Positions 8,809-17,858 of a stretch of 64,000 nt of DNA are shown in pieces. Position 1 is the first letter of the stretch. Each line of letters opens with the position of its first letter. Below the pieces are notes generated by a model that was given only the letters and a program-made list of their open reading frames with translations, made no database searches and was not told where the DNA came from. The translations under genes were made by a program, and so were the position numbers. The DNA is from an uncultured Holophaga sp. GTDB lineage: Bacteria > Acidobacteriota > Holophagae > Holophagales > Holophagaceae. The stretch spans positions 2,560,001-2,624,000 of the forward strand of contig OY761614.1 in NCBI GenBank assembly GCA_963664825.1, written 5' to 3'.

Positions 8809-8870
8809 AGCGGTGTGGGTGCCCCGCTCGTCAGAGCCCACTGGGCTCTGTCTCGCGACCCACATCCGCT
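8809..8870. repeat. REP-like palindromic stem-loop between the two repeat copies
   Basis: Outer arms gcgg-tgtgggt / acccaca-t-ccgc and inner perfect hairpin cagagccca-c-tgggctctg. Confidence 0.7.
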
Positions 8871-8874
8871 TCGC

Positions 8875-8916
8875 CCAACTGAGTTAAGGCGGCAAGGGGA
8901 ATAGTGTATCTCAGCT
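8875..8916. repeat. 42-bp direct repeat, copy 2 (orphan tRNA 5' fragment with its -10 box)
   Basis: ccaactgagttaaggcggcaaggggaatagtgtatctcagct; minus strand has TACACT followed by GCCGCCTTAACTCAGTTGG. Confidence 0.95.
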
Positions 8917-9727
8917 AGAACTGGGCGCTCAGGGAGAGACCTCGGAAATCGGGGCCGAAGGCCGGGAGGACGGCGATCTTGAGGGCGCGGGGAGGGCCGC
9001 TGCGCAGGCGCTGATTGGTGCTGACGACGATCTTCCCGACTACCGTCCCCAAAAAGGCACCGGCTACCACATCCGAGAGGTAGTGCTCCCGGCGTTCGAC
9101 CCGGGCCAGGCCCACGAGAGTGGCCATTCCGTAGGCCCCTCCGGCCAGCCAGAGGTTTTCCGTGTGGGCGGCCACGACGGAGGCGATGGCGAAGGCCTGG
9201 GTGGCGTGGCCCGAGGGGAAACTATCCCCCTTCCCGAAGAATTTGAAATGGTGGGAGCCCTCCTCGTCGAGGGGACGCGTGCGCCCCGCGAGGGTCTTGA
9301 GGGGGAGATCGATGGCCACCCGGGAGATGAGGATGGCGATGCCCGCATCGGCCCCCAGGGCTCGGAGTTCGGGTTGGTCCGCGAGGACGCCTCCCCCATA
9401 GAGCCCGCCCACCAGAACCAGGCCCCCTACGCCTCCCAGGGTCTCGATCTTCTTGCTGAAGCGGTCCCAGCTATCGTGGGGGTGGTGGAGGACGGCGTCA
9501 TCGACGCGGCGATCCAGGGCGAAAGCCAGGCCCACCGACGCCGCACCCAGCGCCGCGATGCTCCACTCGGAGGCCTTCCATTCACAGGGTGCCTGCAGCA
9601 CGGCCTTGGTGTCCTCCCAGGCTAGACTCGGCAGCTGAAGCGGGTGATCCACCCCGAGAGGAGATGGTTCCTGGGCTTGAAGGCCTCCGAGGAGGCTCAT
9701 GGAAAGGCACAGCGCCCCGAGGTTCAT
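8915..9727 (-). CDS. PAP2-family phosphatase, exported/membrane
   Basis: Motifs KTLAGRTRP, SFPSGH, ARVERREHYLSDV; N-terminal signal peptide. Confidence 0.88.
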   Translation of the reverse strand: MNLGALCLSMSLLGGLQAQEPSPLGVDHPLQLPSLAWEDTKAVLQAPCEWKASEWSIAALGAASVGLAFALDRRVDDAVLHHPHDSWDRFSKKIETLGGVGGLVLVGGLYGGGVLADQPELRALGADAGIAILISRVAIDLPLKTLAGRTRPLDEEGSHHFKFFGKGDSFPSGHATQAFAIASVVAAHTENLWLAGGAYGMATLVGLARVERREHYLSDVVAGAFLGTVVGKIVVSTNQRLRSGPPRALKIAVLPAFGPDFRGLSLSAQF

Positions 9728-9742
9728 GCCATCTCCATGGGA

Positions 9743-10234
9743 TCAGAGCTCCTGCTCGGGTTCCGTCTCCAGGGGCACGGGCACGTCTGGCGGGGCGATA
9801 CGGGGGCTCTTCCGGGGACCGATCTCGTCGGGGCGGTATTCCCGGCTGGTGGCGTCGAGGATGCCGTTCACGAACTGGGTGCCCTCGGCATCGCTGAATT
9901 CCTTCACGATCTCCAAGGCCTCATTGATGATGATGGGGAAGGGGATCTCCTTCAGATACATCAATTCGTAGATGCCCAGGCGCAGCAGATTGCGGTCCAC
10001 GGCAGCCATGCGGTGCAGCTTCCAGTGCTCGGCAAAGCGGCCTAGCACCGCGTCGATCTCCTCCATCTGCCCATGCACGCCGTCCACCAGGCGCCTCGCG
10101 TAGTAGAAGGCGTCTCGGTTCAGGTCCTGGATGGCGTTGAAACCCGCGAAGACCTCATCGGGCTGGTAGCCCGTCATGTCCATGGCGTAGAGCATCTGGA
10201 GGGCGTACTCGCGCCCCCTTCGGCGAACTCCCAT
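9743..10234 (-). CDS. nusB: Transcription antitermination factor NusB
   Basis: RRRGREYALQMLY, DRNLLRLGIYEL, IINEALEIVKEF, FVNGILD; ATG overlaps the ribH stop. Confidence 0.95.
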   Translation of the reverse strand: MGVRRRGREYALQMLYAMDMTGYQPDEVFAGFNAIQDLNRDAFYYARRLVDGVHGQMEEIDAVLGRFAEHWKLHRMAAVDRNLLRLGIYELMYLKEIPFPIIINEALEIVKEFSDAEGTQFVNGILDATSREYRPDEIGPRKSPRIAPPDVPVPLETEPEQEL

Positions 10235-10719
10235 TACTTGGCACCCTTTCCGGTCTTCAGTCCGCGCAAGAGGTCCACCATCTCGATCAGGGACTGGGCG
10301 GATTCCCATCCCTTGTTGCCCATCTTGGTGCCGGCCCGCTCGATGGCCTGTTCCACCGTATCGGTGGTGAGCACGCCGAAGATCACGGGAACGCCCGTCT
10401 CCAGGCCCGCCAGCGCCGTGCCCTTGGTCACTTCGGAAGCGATCATGTCGAAGTGGGGCGTGCCGCCTCGGATGACCGCGCCGAGCACGACGACGCCCGC
10501 GTATTTGCCGGATTTGGCCGCATGAAGGGCGATCTGGGGCAATTCGAAGCTGCCGGGCACCCTGAGGAGATCGATCTGGGCCTCACATCCACCGTGCCGG
10601 AGGATGCAATCCGTGGCGCCACCCACCAGGCGTTCCACGATGAATTCGTTGAAGCGCGCGGCCACGAAGGCAAACCGGTCGCCCTTGTCCACACGAAGCT
10701 GGCCCTCAAAGATCGCCAT
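10234..10719 (-). CDS. ribH: 6,7-dimethyl-8-ribityllumazine synthase
   Basis: [49 protein letters not shown]. Confidence 0.96.
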   Translation of the reverse strand: MAIFEGQLRVDKGDRFAFVAARFNEFIVERLVGGATDCILRHGGCEAQIDLLRVPGSFELPQIALHAAKSGKYAGVVVLGAVIRGGTPHFDMIASEVTKGTALAGLETGVPVIFGVLTTDTVEQAIERAGTKMGNKGWESAQSLIEMVDLLRGLKTGKGAK

Positions 10720-10865
10720 AGGAACCCCCCTAGAGGTGGTTGAAGTAAAAAAAATTCTAGCATGAAGACGGGCGCTGGATGTGAGGCTCTCGCGCATTCG
10801 GGTGCTCGATGGGAACCCCTGTGCGCTTCCATGCACCCATAATGGATGGATATTCGGAGGTCTCC

Positions 10866-11414
10866 ATGAAAAAGGTCCGATGCGCCGCTGCCTTCCTGAG
10901 TCTGATGCTGTTGAGCGCCTGCTCCCAGGTTCAGATCCGCTACGACTACGATTCCCGCGCGAACTACGCTTCCTTCAAGACCTTCGACTGGATGCGGGCC
11001 AAGGAGAAGGCTGGAAAAGTTGAGAACTCCATCATGGATCGGAGGGTCAAGGGGGCCATCGAACGGGAACTGATGACCAAGGGCTTCCAGGCTCAGGCCT
11101 CCGCCGATCCCGATTTCCTCGTCACCTACTATCCCATCTACAAGGACCGCGCCTACCTCACCACCACGCACATGGGGATGGGCTGGGGCTACCGGCCCAT
11201 GTGGGGCGCCCGGACGGGCATCATCACCAGCCAAGTCCACAACTATACGGAAGGCACGATCGTCATCGAGATCGTGGACTTCAAGACCCGTCAGCTGATC
11301 TGGCACGGCGCGGCCGTGGGGGCGCTCACGGGGCTGGAGACGCCCGAGGATGCCGAGGAAGTGGTGACCCGGGAAGTGCACCGTCTGCTGGAAGGCTTCC
11401 CACCCCATCGGTGA
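10866..11414 (+). CDS. DUF4136-like lipoprotein
   Basis: Lipobox [20 protein letters not shown] and [12 protein letters not shown]...LIWHG motifs; GGAGG RBS. Confidence 0.8.
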   Translation: MKKVRCAAAFLSLMLLSACSQVQIRYDYDSRANYASFKTFDWMRAKEKAGKVENSIMDRRVKGAIERELMTKGFQAQASADPDFLVTYYPIYKDRAYLTTTHMGMGWGYRPMWGARTGIITSQVHNYTEGTIVIEIVDFKTRQLIWHGAAVGALTGLETPEDAEEVVTREVHRLLEGFPPHR

Positions 11415-11485
11415 GCGTTCGCATCTCCGGGTAACGCAAGGGGCGCCCCAGTCATCTTAGCTACTGAACATCATCAGGAGTTTAC

Positions 11486-11986
11486 ATGGCCCAAGTGACC
11501 CTCAAGGGGAACCCCTTTCATACTTCCGCTGCCCTGCCCAAGGTGGGCGCGCCCGCGCCGGACTTCCGTCTCGTGAAGACCGATCTCTCCGAAGCTACGC
11601 TCCAGGATTTCCTCGGTAAGCGCGTGGTGTTGAATATCTTTCCCAGTCTCGATACGCCCACCTGTGCCACCAGCGTGCGCACCTTCAATCGCCGGGCCTC
11701 AGAGGTGGCGAGTATCGTCGTGCTCTGCATTTCGGCAGATCTGCCCTTTGCCGCGGCCCGGTTCTGCACCACCGAAGGCCTGGCCAATGTGGTGCCCGCC
11801 TCCTGTTTCCGGGCCCCTGAATTCGGCCAAGCCTACGGCCTGACCCTGGTGGATGGTCCCCTGAAGGGCCTCCTGGCCCGGGCCATCGTCGTGGTGGACG
11901 AGAAGGGCATGGTGAAGTACACCGAACTGGTGCCCGAGATCGGCCAGGAACCCAACTACGACGCGGCTCTGGCGGCCCTCAAGTAG
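11486..11986 (+). CDS. tpx: Thiol peroxidase
   Basis: [40 protein letters not shown]. Confidence 0.95.
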   Translation: MAQVTLKGNPFHTSAALPKVGAPAPDFRLVKTDLSEATLQDFLGKRVVLNIFPSLDTPTCATSVRTFNRRASEVASIVVLCISADLPFAAARFCTTEGLANVVPASCFRAPEFGQAYGLTLVDGPLKGLLARAIVVVDEKGMVKYTELVPEIGQEPNYDAALAALK

Positions 11987-11993
11987 CTCGCTT

Positions 11994-13223
11994 CTAGCCC
12001 TTGATCCCCCTCAGTCTCCGCAGTTCCGGCACGCCCCAGGCCGTGCAGCCCACGGTGAGGAGCGTCATGCATCCTCCGAAGACCACGCTGGGGATGAGGC
12101 CGACCCAGTGGGCCGTGAGGCCCGATTCGTAGGCCCCCAGTTCATTGCTGCTGCCGATGAAGAAACTGTTCACGGCCTGCACGCGCCCCATCATGTCCGG
12201 GGGCGTGCAGGTCTGCACGAGGGTTCCGCGCAGCACCACGCTCACGTTATCGAAGGCGCCGCTGGCGGCCAGCACGACCATGGAGAACGCGAAGTTCTTC
12301 GAGAGGGCGAAAGCGATCCAGCAGAGGCCGAAGGCCGCCACGCATCCGAGCAGGGTGCGTCCGGCGTGGCGCAGGGGTGGGCGGTGAGCCAGGGCGAAGG
12401 ACATGGCCACGGACCCCACGGCGGGAGCGGCGCGCAATAGGCCCAGGCCCTGGGGACCGACCCTCAGGACTTCGTGGGCGAAGGCCGGCAGCATGGCCAC
12501 GGCCCCGCCGAAGAGCACGGCGAAGAGATCCAGGGAGATGGCCGAGAGCACGAGTTTCTTCTCGAAGACGAAATGCACGCCTTCCGAGAGGCTCTTGAGG
12601 ATGGAGGCCGAGCCGCTGGGTTGTCGGGGGCGCGCCTTGAGGAAGGCCAGGGAGGCGACGCTGAAGACCATGAGGGCGGCCTCCACGGTGTAGGCGAGGC
12701 GCGCGCTACCGAAGCCGTAGAGCAGGCCCCCCAGGGCGGGTCCCAGGACCATGGCCAGATGGAAGACGGAACTGCGCCAGGTGGCGGCGTTCTGGTAGCT
12801 CTCCCGGGGCACCAGCTCCGTGGCGAGGGCTTGGGAAGCCGGGCGGTAGAAGGCGCGGCCCGCGCCGGCTAGGGCCTGGATGGCGTAGAAGGGCCAAGCC
12901 ACCCGCAGGGTGGGGCGGCAGCTCAGGGCCACCAGGAGCAGGGCGCTCAGGCAGATGACGGCCATGGACATGAGCGAGATCGCCCGCCGGTCCTTGCGAT
13001 CCGCGGCATAGCCTCCGAAGAGTGTCAGGGCCAGGAAGGGCACGGCCTCCGCCAGGCCGATGAGCCCCAGGGCCAGCGCATCGTGGGTGATCTCATAGAC
13101 CTGCCAGCCCATGATGAGGCTTTGCATCTGGAAGCCCATGAACATGGCCATGGCCCCCGCCAGGAACCAGCGGTATTCGCCGTAGCGCAGGGCTTCGTAG
13201 GGGTCGTGGTTTTCAAGGCTCAC
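11994..13223 (-). CDS. MFS transporter
   Basis: About 12 TM; SLDLFAVLFGGAVAMLP, FIGSSNELGAYESG; GTG start with GGAGG RBS. Confidence 0.9.
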   Translation of the reverse strand: MSLENHDPYEALRYGEYRWFLAGAMAMFMGFQMQSLIMGWQVYEITHDALALGLIGLAEAVPFLALTLFGGYAADRKDRRAISLMSMAVICLSALLLVALSCRPTLRVAWPFYAIQALAGAGRAFYRPASQALATELVPRESYQNAATWRSSVFHLAMVLGPALGGLLYGFGSARLAYTVEAALMVFSVASLAFLKARPRQPSGSASILKSLSEGVHFVFEKKLVLSAISLDLFAVLFGGAVAMLPAFAHEVLRVGPQGLGLLRAAPAVGSVAMSFALAHRPPLRHAGRTLLGCVAAFGLCWIAFALSKNFAFSMVVLAASGAFDNVSVVLRGTLVQTCTPPDMMGRVQAVNSFFIGSSNELGAYESGLTAHWVGLIPSVVFGGCMTLLTVGCTAWGVPELRRLRGIKG

Positions 13224-13317
13224 GTTGCCTCCTTCTGCTGAGTCGTTGCCGCGGAATAACCAGGAGGGCACGATGGGCCGTTGCGAAAGAACCGGGGGAA
13301 CATTATTTCGGGACGAT

Positions 13318-13359
13318 CCCTAGAATTGAGCCCCGGCAGGCCGGGGCTCAATTCTAGGG
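13318..13359. repeat. Perfect 20-bp inverted repeat (possible terminator or element footprint)
   Basis: ccctagaattgagccccggc-ag-gccggggctcaattctaggg, just downstream of the ABC permease stop. Confidence 0.9.
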
Positions 13360-13378
13360 TACCTTCTTTTCGGCGCGG

Positions 13379-14599
13379 CTACTCGTATCTCAAGGCGTCG
13401 ATGACGTCCAGTCCTGCGGCCTTCACCGCCGGGAGGAATCCTGCCGCCACGCCCACCACGCCACTGAAGCCTAGGCCTAGCCCGATGGACCAGCCTTCGA
13501 TCACGGCAGGAATATCGAACTCTCCGAGGATCGCCACGGCGGCGGCCGCGAAGGCCACGCCGATCACGCCGCCCAGGAAGGCCAGCACGATGGCTTCGGT
13601 GAGGAACTGCCACAGGACGCTGCGCCGGGTGGCTCCCAGGGCGCGGCGCACGCCGATCTCCCGTGTGCGCTCGGTGACGCTCACCAGCATGATATTGGAG
13701 ATGCCGATGCCGCCCACTACCAGCGAGATGCTGGCGGCCACGGCGAGCAGGCCCGTGAGGATGCCCGCTTGCTGGGTCTGCATCTGCATGATGTCGTCCT
13801 GCTTGCGGATCTGGAAGGGACTGTCATCCCTGGGGGGCGTCTTCATGCGCTGACGCAGCAGGGCCGTGACTTCGGTCTCGGCGATTTCGGCCTTACCCTC
13901 CTGGGCGCTCACCATGATGCGCTGGATTTTGTCCCGGCCCATGATCTTGCGCATCACCGTGGTGTAGGGCCCCACGATGAGGTCGTCCTGGTCGCCGAAC
14001 ATGCCGGCGCCCTTCTTTTCGAGGACTCCGATGATCTGGAAGGGTAGCTTGCCGACCCGGATGGTCTGGCCCACGGGCTCTTCCCCATTGGGGAAGAGAT
14101 TATCCTTCACGGTCTGGCCGATGACGCAGACCTTGGCTTGGCCCTTGACCTCGCTATCGGTGAAGAATCGTCCGCTCTCCATATCCCAGCCCCGGATCTG
14201 CAGGAACTCGGGGCCCGTGCCCTGGACCTGGGTGATGTAGTTGCTGTTTTGGTAGATCACGGGGCGGCTGGTGGAGACCTGGGGCGTGGCGGCCACCACG
14301 CTGGACTGGCTGAGCTCGTTCTGGATGAGCTGGCAGTCCTCCGGCTTGAGGATCTCGCCGGCGCCCATGGCCTGAGGGCCTCCGGGGCCACGGCCCGGGG
14401 CTCCGGGGAAGATGGTCAGCATATTGGAGCCCATGTTCTGGATGAGGGCGATGGAGGCCCGTTTGGAGCCCTCGCCGATGCCGATCATGGCGATGACCGC
14501 CCCCACGCCCACGATGATGCCCAGCATGGTCAGGAAGGCCCGGGTCTTGTTGCGCGTGATGGCGAAGAGGGCCAGTTTGAGGAACTCGAGGAAAGCCAT
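13379..14599 (-). CDS. MacB-like ABC transporter permease (no ATPase domain)
   Basis: LTMLGIIVGVGAVI, SLVVGGIGISNIMLVSVTERTREIGVRRALGA, ALRYE end. Confidence 0.92.
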   Translation of the reverse strand: MAFLEFLKLALFAITRNKTRAFLTMLGIIVGVGAVIAMIGIGEGSKRASIALIQNMGSNMLTIFPGAPGRGPGGPQAMGAGEILKPEDCQLIQNELSQSSVVAATPQVSTSRPVIYQNSNYITQVQGTGPEFLQIRGWDMESGRFFTDSEVKGQAKVCVIGQTVKDNLFPNGEEPVGQTIRVGKLPFQIIGVLEKKGAGMFGDQDDLIVGPYTTVMRKIMGRDKIQRIMVSAQEGKAEIAETEVTALLRQRMKTPPRDDSPFQIRKQDDIMQMQTQQAGILTGLLAVAASISLVVGGIGISNIMLVSVTERTREIGVRRALGATRRSVLWQFLTEAIVLAFLGGVIGVAFAAAAVAILGEFDIPAVIEGWSIGLGLGFSGVVGVAAGFLPAVKAAGLDVIDALRYE

Positions 14600-14602
14600 G
14601 GT

Positions 14603-14704
14603 TCAGCCCTCCATCTGAGACGGCGCGAAGAAATTGAAGGTCTCGCGCATCGCCGCAGGCGATGCCGAGCAGAGGGTCCGTTTGAGGAACTCGAGGGAAA
14701 CCAT
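14603..14704 (-). pseudogene. 33-aa mini-ORF; decayed duplicate of the permease 5' end
   Basis: MVSLEFLK vs permease MAFLEFLK; 14680-14705 matches 14575-14600 at 24/26 nt. Confidence 0.55.
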
Positions 14705-14717
14705 GAGTGGATCCACC

Positions 14718-16265
14718 TTAGTGCCGGCTGCCGCCGGTGCCTCCACCTGTGGCGGGTCCACCGTTGCTGGCCGCGGACTTGCTGCCTTCGATACCCACGA
14801 GGATCTGCATGCCTTCCTTCAGGGCGTCTCCACTGACTTCGGTGAACTGCCCGTCGGAGATGCCCGCCGTGACCACCACGGCCTTGGGCTTGCCGTTTTC
14901 CAGGACCCAGATCTTATCTTCCCGCCTGGCCATCATGCCCGAGCCCTTGCCGCCCTGACCCTGGCCTTGGCCCTGGCGTGGCGGGGGCATCATGCCACCC
15001 CCCAGGAGTCCGCCTGTGCGGGGGGCCTCGGCCTTCTTCTCATCCTTGAGGAAGGCGCTGGGATTGAAGCGCAGCGCCGCGTTGGGCACCCGCAGCACAT
15101 CGTGATGGCTGTTGGTGGTGATGGTGACATTGGCTGTCATGCCGGGCAGGAGGGCGAACTCCCCACCATAGACCGGGCTGCCGGGGGCAATGTAGCGGGC
15201 CGTAGAGGAGGGGCTGGTCGCAAGCTTGCCCAGGGTGGGGCGAGCGGCGCCACTGCCGGGGCGTTCGCCTTCGCCTTCGGACATATGAGCCTTGACGCGA
15301 GCGATGAAGGCCTCTTTCGTGATCCCTGCGGGCAGGCGATCCTTCCGGCGCTGCCACATGGCCTCAAAATCGGGCTTGTTCCCATCCCCCTTGGCCTGAG
15401 CCTTTCCGGGCTCACCCCTTCCGGTCTGGCCCTTCTGGGGAGAGGCGGCCGTGGTGCGGGATTCATTGGTCACTTCCATGACGACCTTGTAGGTCACCAC
15501 GTTGGAGGTGACGGTGGCTTCCAGATGCACCTCGCTGACCGAACCCACAAACTGCCTATCGGGGAAGCTATCGACCGTAAAGGAGGCCCGTTGCCCGGTC
15601 ATCACCGAACCGATATCAGCTTCGTCGATGGCGGCCTCGACCTTCATCTTGGAGAGATCCTGGGCGATGGTGAAGAGATTGGGCGTGCTGTAACTGGCGG
15701 CCACGGTCTGTCCCGCATCCACGAGGCGGCTCACCACGACGCCATCCACGGGGGCGGTGATGGTGCAGTAGCCCAGGTTGATCTTGGCCTTGGCGAGTTC
15801 GGCCTTGGCGGAATCCAGGTTGCCTCGGGCGGTCTTCATGGCCATCTCTTTGGCGTCCAGATCCGAATCCGAGACCAGTTTCTGGGCCGCGAGGCGCTTG
15901 TAGCGGCCATACTCCGTCCGGGCGTTCTCGAAGGTGGCCTGGGAACGCTGGAGCGAAGCCTCGGCATCCTTGAGCTGGGTTTCCCACACGGTGGGATCGA
16001 TGCGGGCGATGACCTGGCCCTTCTTCACCAGGCTGTTGTAGTCCGCGTAGAGGCCCGTCACCACGCCCGAGACCTGGGTGCCCACCGGCACCGAGATCAG
16101 GGCGTTGATGGTGCCGGTGGCATTGATGCGCTGGGTGATGTGGCCGCGCTCTACCTTGGCCTGGCGCCACTTGATCTCGTCACTGGGGCGAGTCGCCACG
16201 TAGGCGGCCCCACCTGCCAGGAGGATGCCTACCGCTCCGAGTCCGATCCAGAGATTGCGTTTCAT
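14718..16265 (-). CDS. MacA/HlyD-family periplasmic adaptor
   Basis: VGTQVSG...DYNSLVKKGQVIARID, ITAPVDGVV, GQTVAASYSTPNLFTIAQDL, VPNAALRF. Confidence 0.92.
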   Translation of the reverse strand: MKRNLWIGLGAVGILLAGGAAYVATRPSDEIKWRQAKVERGHITQRINATGTINALISVPVGTQVSGVVTGLYADYNSLVKKGQVIARIDPTVWETQLKDAEASLQRSQATFENARTEYGRYKRLAAQKLVSDSDLDAKEMAMKTARGNLDSAKAELAKAKINLGYCTITAPVDGVVVSRLVDAGQTVAASYSTPNLFTIAQDLSKMKVEAAIDEADIGSVMTGQRASFTVDSFPDRQFVGSVSEVHLEATVTSNVVTYKVVMEVTNESRTTAASPQKGQTGRGEPGKAQAKGDGNKPDFEAMWQRRKDRLPAGITKEAFIARVKAHMSEGEGERPGSGAARPTLGKLATSPSSTARYIAPGSPVYGGEFALLPGMTANVTITTNSHHDVLRVPNAALRFNPSAFLKDEKKAEAPRTGGLLGGGMMPPPRQGQGQGQGGKGSGMMARREDKIWVLENGKPKAVVVTAGISDGQFTEVSGDALKEGMQILVGIEGSKSAASNGGPATGGGTGGSRH

Positions 16266-16367
16266 GGCCACACCTCAGCGTCCAAAGAACCAACGTAGGA
16301 CTCTACCTTGCCATACGATGGAATTGGAGGCCACAGGCCATGGGAGGAGAGCGTCGAACTGCGGAAT

Positions 16368-17858
16368 TCAGGGGATGAACGGCAGAGAGCCCTGGATGGC
16401 GCGCAAGGCGAAACCGTCCACCAGCAGCGTCTGGGCGAAGCCGGCGGCTAGTGCCAGGAAGCCACAGACCAGCACCGTGGCGCCTGCGTAGGGTGCTGCC
16501 ACCTCGGGGCGCTCCGCGGCTTCGCGCGCGGCGCTTTCGGTGGGCTTTTCCATGAAGAGGGCCACCGCTACCCGCAGGTAGAAGTAGACCGAGACCAGGC
16601 TTGCGAGGACGCCCAACACGGCCAGACCCACGTGGCCCGTGCCGATGAGCTCCTTGAAGATCATGTACTTGCCGTAGAAGCCGCCCGTGGGCGGGATGCC
16701 TGCAAGCGAGAACATGCAGATCGTCGCGGCGATGCCCAGGCCCGGACGCTTCCAGCCCAGGCCCCTGAGCTGCTCGAAATCGCAGCGGTCCCCCGCCAGG
16801 CCCAGGGCCGTCAAGAGTCCGAAGGCGCCCATGTTCATGGCCATGTAGACAAACAGGTAGAAGAGCATCCCTGTATAGGCCGCGGGCGTCCCCGCCACGA
16901 AGCCCAGCAGCAGGTAGCCCGCGTGACTGATGCTGGAATAGGCCAGCATGCGCTTGACGCTTGTTTGGGCCAGGGCCGTGAGGTTGCCCACCACAAGGGT
17001 GAGGACGGCCACCAGGGCCAGGGCGCCTTGCAGCTTGGCGGCCATGGCGGGATTGGCGGAGAGCCCTCCCGGGAAGATGCGGATGAGGGCGATGAGGGCC
17101 ACGCCCTTGGTAGCCACCGACATGAAGGCCGCGATGGGGGTGGGGGAAGCCTCGTAGGCGTCCGGGGTCCACTGGTGGAAGGGCACGCCGCTGATCTTGA
17201 AGAGGAAGCCCATCGTGAGGAGCGCAGCTCCGGTGAAGGCGATGGGATCGGGATGGGCGGAGAGCTGCCTTGAAATGGCGCCGATCTCGAGACTTCCCGT
17301 GGCGCCGTACAGGAGTACGGTCCCCATGAGGAAAAGGGCGGAAGCGATGGCACCGGTGATGAAATACTTCACGCCCCCCTCCAGGGCCTCCGCGCGCTGG
17401 CGGACGGTGGCCACCAGCGCGTAGAGAGGGATCGATAGGAGCTCGAGGCCCAGGAAGAGCACCATCAGGTTCGTGGTGGAGGCAAATATCATCATGCCCG
17501 TCACGCTGAACATCAGCAGGGAGAGCGTCTCGCCCTTCACCCAGCCCTCCTGATGCAGGTGGTCCCAGAGTTGGAGCACGGTCATGGAGGCCGTCACTAG
17601 GACGAGAATCGCGGCGAACTGGGCCAGGGTATCCATGCGCAGGGCGCCGAAATTGGCCTGCAGGGGCGTGCCCCAGAGGCGCGTGACATACAGGAAACTG
17701 CCCCCCAGGGCGAAGAGGGCGATGGCGAATAGGCTGGCCCGGATCCATTTCACGCTGTCCTGATCGCGATCCAGGCTGGCCAGGGGAAGCAGGCAGGCCG
17801 CCGCCGCGGGGATGGCCACGGGCAGGATGGCCCCTATTTCGCTAGCGCTCATTGACAT
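16368..17858 (-). CDS. nuoN: NADH-quinone oxidoreductase subunit N
   Basis: EGGVKYF, FKISGVPFHQWTPDAYEASPTP, KRMLAYSSISHAGY; operon order. Confidence 0.93.
   Translation of the reverse strand: MSMSASEIGAILPVAIPAAAACLLPLASLDRDQDSVKWIRASLFAIALFALGGSFLYVTRLWGTPLQANFGALRMDTLAQFAAILVLVTASMTVLQLWDHLHQEGWVKGETLSLLMFSVTGMMIFASTTNLMVLFLGLELLSIPLYALVATVRQRAEALEGGVKYFITGAIASALFLMGTVLLYGATGSLEIGAISRQLSAHPDPIAFTGAALLTMGFLFKISGVPFHQWTPDAYEASPTPIAAFMSVATKGVALIALIRIFPGGLSANPAMAAKLQGALALVAVLTLVVGNLTALAQTSVKRMLAYSSISHAGYLLLGFVAGTPAAYTGMLFYLFVYMAMNMGAFGLLTALGLAGDRCDFEQLRGLGWKRPGLGIAATICMFSLAGIPPTGGFYGKYMIFKELIGTGHVGLAVLGVLASLVSVYFYLRVAVALFMEKPTESAAREAAERPEVAAPYAGATVLVCGFLALAAGFAQTLLVDGFALRAIQGSLPFIP

Noticed and set aside
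8694..8916. CRISPR array
   Set aside because: Only two repeat copies, a 139-bp spacer, the repeat is tRNA-derived, and there are no cas genes
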